Below, piece by piece: positions 11,761-23,975 of a DNA stretch of 64,000 bases (position 1 is its first letter; each line of letters begins with the position of its first letter). The notes below the pieces were generated by a model, which saw only the letters and a list, made by a program, of their open reading frames with translations, was not told the origin of the DNA and did no database searches. The translations under genes were made by a program, and so were the position numbers. The stretch comes from Octopus vulgaris (lineage: Eukaryota): NCBI GenBank assembly GCA_951406725.2, contig OX597820.1, positions 62,001 through 126,000 of the forward strand. The letters are read 5' to 3'.

Positions 11761-12473
11761 CGATTAAATAATTAAATTTAGAAAAATTAGAAGAAAAGTT
11801 TTTTTAAAGGAATATTTCTATAGTAGTGTTCAAATATAAGTGGCATTCTGCCTTTCTCTGACTCCTTTGTTTGCACTTGTGTGTTCGAGGTCGTTGTGAG
11901 TTCTTGGTAGAGTAGGAGAAGAAGAATGCTGATGTGGAGAGGGGGTGGGAGTGGGAAAATCTGGGAGTGCCCTGATGGTCGTATTTTGAATGGTCAGTGG
12001 CGGCCAGCAGTCGCAGTCAATTCAGGAATTGTTTATGGAATTTGTGTAGGCGTAATACTAAAAGACATTAGTAACAAGGTTAAGGGGTAGAAGGTGGAGA
12101 AGTAGAAGAAGAAGAAGATGACGATGTTGATGATGATGATGATGAAGAAGAAGAAGAAGAAGAAGAAGAAGAAGAAGAAGAAGGAGAAGGAGAAGATGAT
12201 GATGATGATGATGGTGGTGATGATGATGACGACGATGATGATGATAATGATGATGATGAAGAAGAAGAGGAAGAAGAAGAAAAAAAACAGAGAAGGGAGA
12301 ATATGAATGGGTGAAAGTATAGCTGCGATGGGGCTGATTAGTAATGGATTCTATGGAATTTAATATTTGTGTGTGTATATATTTCTTTTATTCTAAAGTT
12401 GAGGTATATTAATTGTTTGTCGTAGACCCGTTAAGAAGTGGCCTGTATTTTGTAATAAAGAGATTTTCTTTAC

Positions 12474-14561
12474 TTATTCGTTGTCTCGAGGTTGTATCGT
12501 CCCTAAATTGGTAGAGGGGAAAATCCTGAAGCTTGGTGTTTTTTTGTTGGCGCAAGTATCTATGTGTTGGCTAAAAGCTATTTTTCTGTTTTGGGGAATT
12601 TTTATCTGGGATCTGTGCAGGGCCATTCGTTTACGCAAACTATTTTTTGTTTGGCCTATGTACTGCTCTTGACACCCGGAGCAGGTTAGTGAGTATATTA
12701 GGTTCTCCGAAGCACATGTGAAGTTGCTTTTCACTGTAAACCGTTGTCCCTGTTTGAAGGAGAACTCTGATCCCTCAATTAGATAGTCGCATATCCCGCA
12801 ATTGGGTCTTCCACATTTTTTTACTGTCGGCTTCTGTGTTGAAGAGTGACTTCGGGCTTGTGTTAGGAGACTTTTCATGGATCTAGGCTGTCTTTTGCTT
12901 TTTATGATCGTGTGTGTTTGGAGGATTATGTTCATTCTGTGGTCTTTTTTTAGGAGGGGTATGTTGTGGAGGATGGTGCCGAAGGCTTCGTTATTGAGAG
13001 GGTTGTGTGTGGAGATGTATGGTACGGCTTTTGGTTGTAAGTTTTTCTTTGATTTGGGATGTCTCAGTTCCTTGATGTTAAGTTGAAGGGCACGTTGAAT
13101 GCACTTGTCAATAAGTGAAGGTGGATAGTTCCTGGTGATAAGGGTATCTTTTAGTTCTTGTAGTCGTGTGTCTCTGGTGTTTGCGTTAGAGACTATAGTG
13201 CATATCCTTTTTGCTAGATTGAAGGGGATATTCATCCTGGTGTGTCTGGGGTGGCATGAATTGAATGGAAGATATTGCTTAGAGTCTGTAGGCTTATAGT
13301 ATATGTCTGTTTCTATTATATTATTAGCTTTCTTAATGAGGATATCGAGGAAGGGGAGTTGTTGCTGGCTATATTCCATCGTGAATTGGATGTTTACGTC
13401 CAGTCCGTTTAAAATTTCCTGGAATTCTAAGAGTTTTTCTATATTTTTATGCCAAAGAATGAAACAGTCATCTATATATCTCTTCCAGTTGTTTTCTACG
13501 TAGATGGAGAAAGGGCTGCCATATCTTTTTAGAACCTTACGATACAGACTGATCTCTAGATATCCTATGACTAAGTTTGCAAAGGAGGGGGCCATTCGTG
13601 TACCCATCGCAGTCCCCGATTTTTGTCGGTAGAAGTTGTCATTGAAGGCGAAGAAGTTATTTTCCAGGATGAATTTAACCCCTTCTATCTCGAATTCTTT
13701 TTTGATGCGGTGTGGTAGTTCGTTGGCGTGATTCTCTAGCCAGAATTGGATTGCCTCTAGTCCTAGGTTGTGGGGGATATTGGAGTAGAGGTTGACTACA
13801 TCGAAGGATACCAGTATGGTGTTTTTGTTTATAGTATTCGGTAGGTGATTTAGCATATCTAAGTCGTCCCTTATATAGCTTTTGACATGTTTGAGGAGTG
13901 GTTTTAACAGGGTGTCTAAAAAGTTACTGAGGCGGTGGGCTTCGCATGCGGGACCTGCTATTATGGGTCTCAATTTGAGGTCATTAGGATTAGGGACTTT
14001 AATTATTTTGTCTGTAGCTATCTTGCATGCGTTGCTTATTTTTTCACTTTTGTGGATCTTAGGTATACCGTAGAATTGGCTGGTTTTACTTGTGAAATTG
14101 GTCATATAATCATATTCTTTGTCGGTGATCCCTGCTTTGTATGGGTTTAATATGGATTTTAGTTCCCTCATTATTTTTTGTTGACTGTAGTTTTGTGCCT
14201 TTTCATAGTATGTCGTGTCTTCCAGCATAGAAAGTACCAAAGTTATGTAAAATGTCGTATCCATTAAGACAACAGCACTCACTTTATCGGCCTCTTTGAT
14301 TGTTATTGTTTTATCTTGTTTTAATTTGTTCAACTCAGCCCATTCTTTTTTGCTGAAGTTTGGTTTGTGTTTTTGTTTGTGCATATGTTGATATGGGTAA
14401 TTAGATATGTGGTCACAGAAATCATCAAGTGTTTTGTTCTTACCTTTCGAGGGGGTGTAGTTACTCCTATTTCTGGCTAACGATTCGTCCTCGTTGTATT
14501 TATCGTATAGCTCCTCAGTAAGTCTTAATTTTCTGCAGAATTCTGCGATGTCTTCTTTCAT
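12474..14561 (-). CDS. PLE RT-GIY-YIG polyprotein (frame continues upstream of the first Met; extreme C-terminus probably frameshifted)
   Basis: KEADK, LRPII, SFDVVNLYSNI, GTAMG, WKRYIDD, PFLD, YYKPTD; linker CGRPNCGIC; NLIYSLTCSGCQEQYIGQT. Confidence 0.9.
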   Translation of the reverse strand: MKEDIAEFCRKLRLTEELYDKYNEDESLARNRSNYTPSKGKNKTLDDFCDHISNYPYQHMHKQKHKPNFSKKEWAELNKLKQDKTITIKEADKVSAVVLMDTTFYITLVLSMLEDTTYYEKAQNYSQQKIMRELKSILNPYKAGITDKEYDYMTNFTSKTSQFYGIPKIHKSEKISNACKIATDKIIKVPNPNDLKLRPIIAGPACEAHRLSNFLDTLLKPLLKHVKSYIRDDLDMLNHLPNTINKNTILVSFDVVNLYSNIPHNLGLEAIQFWLENHANELPHRIKKEFEIEGVKFILENNFFAFNDNFYRQKSGTAMGTRMAPSFANLVIGYLEISLYRKVLKRYGSPFSIYVENNWKRYIDDCFILWHKNIEKLLEFQEILNGLDVNIQFTMEYSQQQLPFLDILIKKANNIIETDIYYKPTDSKQYLPFNSCHPRHTRMNIPFNLAKRICTIVSNANTRDTRLQELKDTLITRNYPPSLIDKCIQRALQLNIKELRHPKSKKNLQPKAVPYISTHNPLNNEAFGTILHNIPLLKKDHRMNIILQTHTIIKSKRQPRSMKSLLTQARSHSSTQKPTVKKCGRPNCGICDYLIEGSEFSFKQGQRFTVKSNFTCASENLIYSLTCSGCQEQYIGQTKNSLRKRMALHRSQIKIPQNRKIAFSQHIDTCANKKTPSFRIFPSTNLGTIQPRDNE

Positions 14562-15193
14562 TTCGTTGTAGTTGGGGTGTTGTGGGGTGGGTGTAAACTT
14601 GAGTCCTTTGGAAAGTATGTTTATTTGGTTTGCTGTTAGTTCCTTGTGAGTTAGATTGATAATTTTTATTACTTTTGGTTCCTCCTGCTTGTTTGGTGCT
14701 ATCTTGTGTCTCTGTGTTTGCGTATTGGGTCTAAAAAATGAATGCGGTGGTTGGGACGGTAGCTATTATATAGTTGTTCTTTGTTGATGTGGGGTCTCCT
14801 GTTGTGATTTATGGTGTGTGTTCTTGAGGCAGTATTGAGGAGAGCATCCCGATATCCCATATTCGGGTGTGGTGTTCTAGGAGGCCTTCGTTGGTAATCA
14901 TTGTAAGTGGTGTGGGTTTGTTGTGCATGGTTGTTTAACCGGTTGATGGGACGGAGATTTCGTTGGTAACTCTTTGGGGTGGGGATAAGGTTGCAGTGTC
15001 TATGCTGTGGGTGTTGATTTATCCTTTCTCTGCTTGAAGTGGGGGTATTCCTGATATTGTATCGCTGGCTGCTTACAGAGTTAGGGCTAGGTCCTGTATT
15101 CTTTTTTTGAAAGTAGTGAAGGTTCCGATTTTTAGACAGGTGTGTATCGGTGTTTGGGTGTTGTTTTGGTTTTCTTATTTTGTGGAAAGGGTT

Positions 15194-15228
<35 letters not shown>

Positions 15229-15229
15229 T

Positions 15230-16257
15230 TGTTGTGAGTTCAACTTAAGGACAGAGACGGCGACCTACATTTGGCAATGAATCCATTGTTCTGCCGGATG
15301 CGGGTTGATTAATTAGCTCTGGGGAGACTCCCCGACACCTTCGGGTGAATTAGGGTTCATTTGGAGGGCTGCCTCCTTAAGTAAGCAGTTCAGTGTGTTA
15401 GAGACAGTGAAGAAGAGGAAGAAGAAAGTAGTGAGGAAGACAGATTAAGGAATCTGAGCGGCGATAGAGAGAGTATTAGAGCTAAGAGAGAGATTGAGGG
15501 TAGTGACAGAGCAGGAGGTTTTGGGCAGTCGGTATTTGGTCGTCAAGGCGAGCGGTTGGATTTAGGAGCGAGGATTTGGAATTCAGGGCAAGTGTTTAGA
15601 AAGTTGGAGTTAGCAGTACTGAGAGAGATGAGGTGCAATATGAGATACTGGCTATTCTAGTAGGAACTAAGGTACGTGAATTGTGTATTGATATGTGAAG
15701 AAAAAGAAGGAAAAAGAATCGATGTAAAGAGACTGTTGAAAAGAAATGAGACAGTGAAAAGAGCAATGTGAACTGTGTAAAGACATTGTGTACAGAGTTG
15801 TTGGAAAGAGAACTGTGTAATGAACATTGAACTGTATAGGCCTTTAATGTCCTTTGAACTGTAACTTTAATGTGATTTGAAACATAACTGTTGTCTCCGG
15901 ACGTGTACAATTGAAATGCTGTTGTTATTGCATTTGATGTGTTGTTACCCGGACAGTTTAAATGCTGTGATGTGTTGATTCTGTTACTTGCTTGTATTTA
16001 CTTGTTGTATACATGTTTCTTGCATGTATTTTCTTTGATATGTCTGATGTATTTAACATTGTATTTGATGTTGTAATGATTGTCATAAACTAGCGTTAAA
16101 TGTGAGCCAATTGCCTCTGTGTCTCTTCTTCCTGCTGCTGTTGTTGTTGTCTCTCTCTCCTCTCCGAGTTTTCGTGGCGAACATTCGCTGCATCGAACGG
16201 GCCTGTGTGAGGGATTCCGTAACAGCTTCCGTTCGACGGGGGGGTCCGCTCGTAACA
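15230..16257. mobile_element. Probable solo LTR (1028 bp) in (TA)n
   Basis: Termini TGTTGTGAG...CTCGTAACA (TG..CA, imperfect 9-bp inverted ends). Flanks ATAT / ATGT (ATAT in the copy ending 44726). Non-coding; absent at the equivalent site near 59130-59210. Confidence 0.7.
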
Positions 16258-16332
<75 letters not shown>

Positions 16333-16437
16333 TATATTTGTACTGCAAACACTACTTTTTCCGTCGAGGGCATATATTTATATGGATTATTTATAATTGA
16401 CAAAACACGGTGAGCTTTCATAAACTTTAAAGTTATG

Positions 16438-16510
<73 letters not shown>

Positions 16511-16992
16511 CACATAAGATGATTGCTCCATCTTGGCAGATGGTTGCCGTTTTCTTTTGCTTCCTGTTTGTCAAAGGCATTTCTGTGTTTCCATTCAAGA
16601 CCTCTCAGTTGAAATTTAGTCTCTCTGCCGATCTGCCTTCTTTGAAGCGTAGGTGAGAGACGAAAGTTGTTGTAGCCTACCGTGCGCGTCCATTCTTCCA
16701 CCACCGTAGGAACTTCAGCAGATGAAATGCCGAATGTGGTCATCTTAAAGACATAACTGTGCATCATTTGATTATAGTGAGAGGCACCTGTAGAATACCA
16801 GTACCACTCTGAGTCTCTGTGACTAGAACCTAGTGGCAGACCGAACAGAGAGGACTTTTAATCAGGTCAAACAGCAGGTTTTCCATCAGTAGGCACCTCT
16901 GATGCAACCAAGGGATCTAGATATATGGTCATACATACATACATACATATATTTATACATGTATATGTATATATGTGTGTGTGCGTGTGTGC

Positions 16993-17066
<74 letters not shown>

Positions 17067-17276
17067 TGTATGTATGTCTGTATGTATGTATGCATGAAAA
17101 GAAGCATATAAGGCGTTGTGTCAAAAGAGATGTGGTGAGAGGTGAAATCGATTGAGAAAAGCAATTAAAAATGTATACGACTCATAAAAATGATTGATAA
17201 GTTGGTTGACAGAAGTTAGATCCTGGCTGACTGCTTTAACTTGAATGCATGACTTACATTTCTTAATTTTCATTAA

Positions 17277-17280
<4 letters not shown>

Positions 17281-17363
<83 letters not shown>

Positions 17364-17476
17364 CATCATCATTATTATTATTATTATTATCATTATCATC
17401 ATCATCATTATTATTATCATCATCATTATTATTATCATCATCATCATTATTATTATTATCATCATCATTATTATTA

Positions 17477-17536
<60 letters not shown>
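17281..17536. repeat. (ATT/ATC)n microsatellite; empty site for the Dong insertions of unit 3
   Basis: Same flanks as 45901-51523. Confidence 0.92.
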
Positions 17537-17627
17537 GAGCGGCGAAATCGATTTTATATTTGATCCTTTCGGGGTTGATAAATTACATCGGGGTCGATGT
17601 AATCATCTAGTCCCCACCACCAAAATT
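17537..17627 (+). mobile_element. Internally deleted SINE remnant (copies at 51524 and 63745)
   Basis: TTTGATCCTTTCGGGGTTGATAAAT...GGGGTCGATGTAATC matches the reverse complement of the SINE body at 29356-29691. Confidence 0.6.
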
Positions 17628-17659
17628 AGGAAAAAAACAGCCCATTTGTATTTACAAGT

Positions 17660-18560
17660 AAGGATTATTATTTCCTCTACGCACAACAGATTAAACTGGA
17701 ACAAGAAAAGTTCCTAACATCGGGCTACAGCAAGTAACCTTATATGCGAAAAACCTTCCTAAGTATCCTAGCTGTCCCTAATAACACGGTTTCCTGGAGC
17801 TGCACTAAAGTAGGTTTTACGCCTAGTTTTTCTATCTCTTTGTGAAACCCTTAGGGATAATTCGTAATGCACTTATAGCTACAGGGATACATTTTATCCA
17901 CACATTTCCTAGCCTCTATAACTGAATGGCTAGACCCTGGTACTTCGCTATTTTCTGTATAGTTTCCATATTGATTTTCTCATCATTTGGGATTGTAAAG
18001 TCAATTACCTGACACTTTCCTTTCTCTTAGGCTACTACTTCTAAATGAGGCTTTGTAGCTTCTATTAATCTCTCGGCCTGAATAATAAAATCCCACTATG
18101 TCTTATATTTTTCTTATTTTCTAGCACTTTACTAGATTCATATTTATAACACTTATCAGTATGGTCAATTTCTAGCTATCTACATAACTTCCTCTGGATT
18201 ATTCTACACAACTTATCATGAGTAGTTCTTTACCCTTTGATTTACTTAACCTGCTTTGTTAATCTGCCTGATTTTCTTCTATCCTGGCTTTTATCCAAAT
18301 AGTCCTCAATATCAAACCTTGTATTATTACTAGCAACAGTTTTGTTTCCCTTTTCAGCCTTGCTTTGTGAATCCACAGCTGTCTCATTATTATTTTCTCC
18401 CGAGATTATCTTTGGAGATCTACCGTGCAAAGCCTTCTCTTGCCAGTCAGATAATCTTACTTCATTTTTTTTAAAGGTCTTCAACCCCCTTGGACTTTTG
18501 GTTTCCCTATCTCCTACTGTTACACTTGAGGCTCTTTATAAAATTTCATCATTGTAACCT
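17660..18560 (-). pseudogene. Highly decayed R4/Dong-like RLE-domain relic (copies near 51650-52545 and from 63870)
   Basis: Minus-strand remnants WQEKALHG and IDFTIP...QKIAKYQGLAIQL...IPVAISAL parallel WEEKPLHG and IDMSIP...KYKDLLIEI...IPVIVGAL of the 46642-48192 protein. Confidence 0.6.
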
Positions 18561-18712
18561 GCATATGAGGCTATATTTACTATAGCTAACTTCGCAGAGT
18601 CGTGTTGTTGTTGTTCTCCTTCTTGTGGCCACCCAAGATTTCTTATGTCCGCCCGATAGATTTTATCTTCCTCCATTACTATTATATATTCGAGGAGCCT
18701 TAAATTTTAAAG

Positions 18713-18796
18713 ATTTACCGACTGGGAATCGAAAAGCTGAAGTATTTGAAACATTATCGAAGACAGCAGAAAAATATACTTTACGTAGTTATGATG
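18713..18796 (+). other. Candidate 84-nt internal exon (copy at 52701-52784)
   Basis: ttttaaAG acceptor, G|GTAAGT donor, length a multiple of 3, two open frames (DLPTGNRKAEVFETLSKTAEKYTLRSYD or IYRLGIEKLKYLKHYRRQQKNILYVVMM). Confidence 0.3.
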
Positions 18797-19810
18797 GTAA
18801 GTGAATGAGATGTCTAGAAGAATCTGCAGGTATTGATGTTTCGCCAATCTTAACCGAGGCGAAGCTATGCATAGCTATATGCAGTTGACGCGCTTAAATA
18901 CCCTGTAGAACTTTATCAGCTGATTGAAAGTACATTCATTGAAGACTTTTAACGAAGCTACTTTAAAATTTCCTTTAACAATTCATACAGGGAATAGATT
19001 TGATATTGTGATTGCATGGTGTTAGTTGTACCACATTAGGCTTACCAGACCCAGTTCTTAATTTTCATTCTAATGTTCAAACGGATATTTTGGAGGACCG
19101 AACTTAATTTGAGGAGGGAATCAAAAGACTTCATTTCAGACAAATAGTTGTTTTAGAGAATAGTTGATGCCATTTAGAGTGAGGAAGCATTCTTTTCGTT
19201 TCACTTGCATCTGGTATATCTGGGAGAAAACTATGTTTACAATAACAAAGAATAGTATCAAGGGGAACTGGCTGTGATTATGCTGAAAAAGTAGATTTGT
19301 CTCGCCATGTGAGAAATAAATTCGTGAAATGAAAACCCATTCTTCTTAACTGTTGCCAGTAAATATTTCTGCTGTATAAAGAAGATGGTTGCACTCTTCT
19401 ATAATTATTGCTCATGTTCTATTTAGTAAACTCTTCAGGGGTCTGAGGTTTCGTTCTCACATTATAATACTCCAAACGTTCATCACCAGAATATGAGGTG
19501 GAATTCACGTGGATTTTGTTCATTTAACAACTCCACTGGAAAATTTATAGCTCATCTTCCTCATTCAAATGATCATCATCTTGATTATGATAATCTTCAC
19601 AATCCCCCTCCAGCTCATCATATTCGTTACGATCGTCATCAATATCTTTTTCTCAGCATATAGCTAGCAAATTTATTTCTAAGCCCTTATTATAATTACA
19701 CGGACACACACATATATTATATCTATCTGTCTATCACTCTATCTATTTATCTATGTAAGCCTCTATCTACCTATCTATCTATCTATCTATCTATCTATCG
19801 ATCCATATAG

Positions 19811-19861
<51 letters not shown>

Positions 19862-19864
<3 letters not shown>

Positions 19865-20300
19865 AAAAATGAGGTAATCAGATCGGATGGTTCATATTTA
19901 TAGATATTTATTTATATATTACATTTTTTACATATATATCATATCATTCATTTCATATCATTCGGATTAGCGCTTTCTCCCAATCGAGTGGGCTTTTCAA
20001 ATCAATTCCTTGTGGGTAATTTGAACATTTTATAGTTTCGTAGTAGTGGTGGGGAGGAATAAAACAGTATAAAAGGGTGAGGAGGAAGTGAGACAGAGAA
20101 AACATGTGTGTATGTGTATGTGTGTGTGTGTATGTGTGTGTGTGTGTGTGCGTTTGTATCTGATAGGGAAGAAGAATTATTGTTATTCCGTTGGCCTACT
20201 GGACCCCCTGTGGTTTTCTAAGAATTTGGCTCTGATCTCTGTCCAGTCTCGTGTCACTGAGTGTGTGTTGTGCGTAGGCTGGCCGGACAAATTTTATATA
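19862..20300 (-). mobile_element. 3' fragment (pLTR) of a third PLE family in (TA)n
   Basis: Absent from the paralogous site at about 34320-34360. Contains a minimal HHR. Confidence 0.7.
19965..20003 (-). ncRNA. Minimal type I hammerhead, U3-A8 variant
   Basis: GAU-UUGAAAA-GCCCA-CUCGAU-UGGGA-GAAA-GCGC-UA-AUC, with palindromic GCGC. The closing pair of stem II is a G.A mismatch. Confidence 0.7.
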
Positions 20301-20433
20301 TATTTTATATATATATATACACTTATCTTTATATATACCTATCTTATCTACCTATGTATCTTATCAATCTATCTATCTTATCTATCTATTTATCTATCTA
20401 TCTGTATGTCTATATGTATATATGTATAAATAA

Positions 20434-20505
<72 letters not shown>

Positions 20506-20508
<3 letters not shown>

Positions 20509-20716
20509 CAGTAGACCCATGCAGTTGCCGAGTGGTACCCGCGCGAGCGGAAAGACCACCCGGAAGACCTCCACGACGGTGGAGTTACGATTTCAGGATG
20601 ACGATTGGGATCACGTGGATGAGAAAGGCGCGATCCAGAGAGGAATTAACAGCGTACTGTGACCAGCGATGTCAAGTGGACGCCTGACGGACTGGTCGGT
20701 CAAGTGATCAACTGAA

Positions 20717-20720
<4 letters not shown>
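20506..20720 (+). mobile_element. 5'-truncated RTE-clade LINE 3' end with CAAGTGAT-type tail, in (TA)n
   Basis: Encodes [21 protein letters not shown], the RTE C-terminal basic motif. Copy at 34503-34718. Confidence 0.75.
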
Positions 20721-20773
<53 letters not shown>

Positions 20774-20982
20774 CCGCTTGTAGCGGAGAATTTTTTCTAG
20801 AATTTTTGCTACCCTTATATTTAATAATATATATATATACGCCCACATATACATATGTATGTATAATATACTTATACGTATATATAATATAAAGCTGAGG
20901 TTGATGATGATGATGATGATGATTGTTTACCACCACATTGCAGTACTGCGTCGATGTCATTGCATTAAAATTCTGATTCATT

Positions 20983-21026
<44 letters not shown>

Positions 21027-21090
21027 ATTTGGCTCAAAAGCAAATAGCAAGGCCATGTAGGGGGACATGGAGTTAAGTACAGGGTGGTGT

Positions 21091-23900
21091 TCATGTAAAG
21101 AGTTCAGGCCACTTGAGGTCCAGGGAGGCTTTGAACAAAGCGGTCGTCGGCATCTTCACCATCTCGTCTGGCAGCTTGTTCCACGGATCCGCAACCCGGA
21201 CGGAGAAAGCTCCTCTCCTTCGATTGAGATGAAATCGTCGCAGGTAGAGCTTTTCGGAATGACCCCGCAGCCGACGCTCCGGAGCAGGAGTGAAGAACAG
21301 CTCTTTCGAGAGGTTACACTTTCCGCTTATGATGTTGTGGGCGAGAATGAGATCACCACGGCGGCGGCGTTTTTCAAGAGAACAAAGGTCGAGCGTCCTC
21401 AGCCTTTCTTCGTAGGACAAATTTTTGAGACCATGAGCCATGCGGGTAGCCAGCCTCTGGACTCTTTCGAGGTGCTGTATGTCTTTGAGGAGATAAGGAG
21501 AAGAGGCTTGAATCCCATACTCCAATATGGGTCTCACCAGCGTGACATAGAGTGGCAGGAATATGGCTGCTGTGAGCATTCCGAATGACCGTCGAATCAA
21601 AAACAGAATTCCGCGCGCTTTGTTGGCAGCATGGACGCACTGGGCCGAAGGCGAAAAGGAGGAATCCACCAAGATACCCAGGTCCTTTACCTGATCGGTC
21701 CTCTCCAGCAGCAGACGACCCGGCTCGAAATCAAGTTGAGTTGCAGGAGTAGAGCCGACAGGCAGATGACAGCACTTTGACACGTTCAGACACAGGTCCC
21801 AATCGTTAGACCACTTCCAAATTTGGTGGAGGCATCGACGAAGATCCTCTATACTACCGCGAGGAGCGACCAGTTTGATATCGTCGGCAAATAGAAGGGT
21901 GTGTTGCGTGAGGTCGTCGGGCAAGTCATTTATGAAGACTAAGAACAACAAGGGCCCAAGCACTGAACCTTGAGGCACGCCACTGCTCGCACTGGAGACG
22001 TCGGACCGCGAACCATTAACTTGAACTTGGAAGGAGCGATCTGAGAGGAAGGCACCAACCCATCGTACAATATCCGAATGGAAACTATATGCTTGAAGCT
22101 TGACAAGTAGTAGGCGGTGGTTTATCGAGTCAAAAGCTTTGGCAAAGTCCAATAAAACGATGTCAACAGCATCACTATCATCGAGGATGCGCGTCACCAA
22201 TTCTTCCATTACTAGTAAGTTGGTCAAGCATGATCTCTTCGGCACGAAGCCGTGTTGGGAATCAGTGATCGAGGCTGTGTTTAGGAGGTGGAGCATCATA
22301 CTTTTCTTAAGGATAGTTTCGAACATCTTGCTGATTATTGATGTAAGGGAAACCGGTCGGTAGTTAAGCGGGTCTTCGCGGCTCCCTTTCTTGAAAATTG
22401 GGCAGATTATCGCTGTTCTCCAGTCTGCAGGTATAACACCCGTCGCCAATGACATATTGAATAGTCGTGTTAAGGGCTCGCAGATGACCGGAGCCAACGC
22501 TTTGATAACCCGTGGGTGTATGCCGTCAGGGCCGTGACCCTTGTTGACATCGAGGCCTTGAATAACACGTTTGACTTAGTCCCGCGTGATGATCAATCGA
22601 AGCATTGGAGGTACCGATCTATCAAATGGAGGGGGTTCACGACCATCATCTTGTTTGAAAATAGTTGAAAAAGCCTCGGCAAATAATTGACTCTGTTGAT
22701 AAGGGTCCTCAATCGATACGCCTGTTGAGTCTACCAACGTTGCAATCTGGTTGTTCAAGCGGGAATTCCGCTGGACATGGGCAAAGAAGGTTTTTGGATT
22801 GCTACTGGCATTTGCCGCGATTTTGTATTCATAACTGAAGCGTTCTTTCTTTTCAATTTTCACGGCTCGGTCTCGTTGAGTTTTGTACACCTCAAAAGCT
22901 GCAGTCGAATCCAGATTTTTGAATTCAGCCCAAGCAATATCTCTGAGTCGACGTTCTCGTTTAACCTTCTTCGTCACCCAGGGCTTGTGTTTCTTCCTCT
23001 TGGGAAGTCCAACGGGAACTGCCTGGTCAGTCAAACAGATTACATATGCTTTGAGGGATGACCATAGTTCGTCAACTGAGGACAACGTCATCAGGGAACG
23101 CCAGTCCAGAAGCGCGGAAGCCTCGGTTAGAATTTCAAGATTAATTGCAGAGAAGACTCTACGTGGCAGCGAAGTAATCGTGGGCGTGGAAAAAGTTGTG
23201 TGCATGACGAACTTCAGGACCGCATGATCACTCTTGGCAAGAGGGGCGCACACAGATACGTCTGACACTGATCTTGGATAGCGGGAGAATACCAGATCTA
23301 GCATAGATGGCTGCTGCCCAGACCGATGCCTTGTCGGATATTCAACATGTTGCGATAGAAAACAATCTTCAGCCACGTCAAGAAGGGCCTGGCCGAACCG
23401 GGAAGATGTTGTACAAATTGATGCGGGCCAATCGATCGTGGGAGCGTTGAAGTCGCCTAGTACCAAGCAGTCATGCGAAGCTGAAACGAATCTTATCGCT
23501 TCGAGTAGATGAGCATCGTCCTGGGGGTCGGCTAGAGGCGGCCTGTAGACAGCCAACACGGGCAGGCAAAACTCAGATAGGCTCAGCTTGCAATAGACGG
23601 CATCGAATTTGGTTGTAGGTTGAGCATTTGTGGGTAGAATACCGCAGGACGGTTTGTGCTCAGACTTAACATACACAGCAACACCTCCACCTCGCCTTTT
23701 TCCTCTGTCACATCTGAAGAGGACGTAGCCCTGCAGGTGGATCTCTGAGTCCTTTACTGCTGGAGTCAGCCAAGTCTCGGTGATAGCTATCACATCAGGG
23801 GAGTCGCGTAGGGCCAGTGTAAATAGTTCACTGAACTTTGGGAATAAGGAGCACGAGTTGGTGTAGACGATGCTGAGCTGTGAAGTCTGAGGGGCGGGAG
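21091..23900 (-). pseudogene. ORF2 APE + RT with a single in-frame stop at 22576-22578
   Basis: IAITETWL, VYRPP, LGDFNAP, LDLVF, SDHA; NYRPVSLTS, QHGF, DFAKAFD, SGVPQGSVLGP, FADD. Confidence 0.9.
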
Positions 23901-23975
23901 TTGGGGAACAAGCAGAATAAAGGGCATCAGAGATAGCATCGTTGACGGGGGTATCAACTTCACTTCAATTTGCCC

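Larger units (their letters stand above)
11667..15196 (-). mobile_element. Penelope-like element family 2 (Neptune-like), inserted in (TA)n
   Basis: 695-aa RT + Cys-rich linker + GIY-YIG ORF, 3' region with HHR, (TA)n on both flanks. Confidence 0.92.

Noticed and set aside
12100-12306. Poly-M/poly-K ORF
   Set aside because: (GAT)n/(GAA)n microsatellite in the PLE2 3' region.
16519-16656. Signal-peptide-like plus ORF MIAPSWQMVAVFFCFLFVKG...KRR
   Set aside because: T-rich sequence gives hydrophobic residues by chance, the unit 3 copy has an early stop, and its donor phase does not fit the 84-nt exon.
16387-16767. Minus ORF MMHSYVFKMTTFG... open in three units
   Set aside because: Copies are too recent for openness to be informative, and against the older paralogue the mismatches fall mostly in second codon positions with a stop.
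20984-21025. (TTAG)n as a telomeric repeat
   Set aside because: It is the (TAAC)n tail of the CR1 family, also seen at 41162-41197, and is not TTAGGG.
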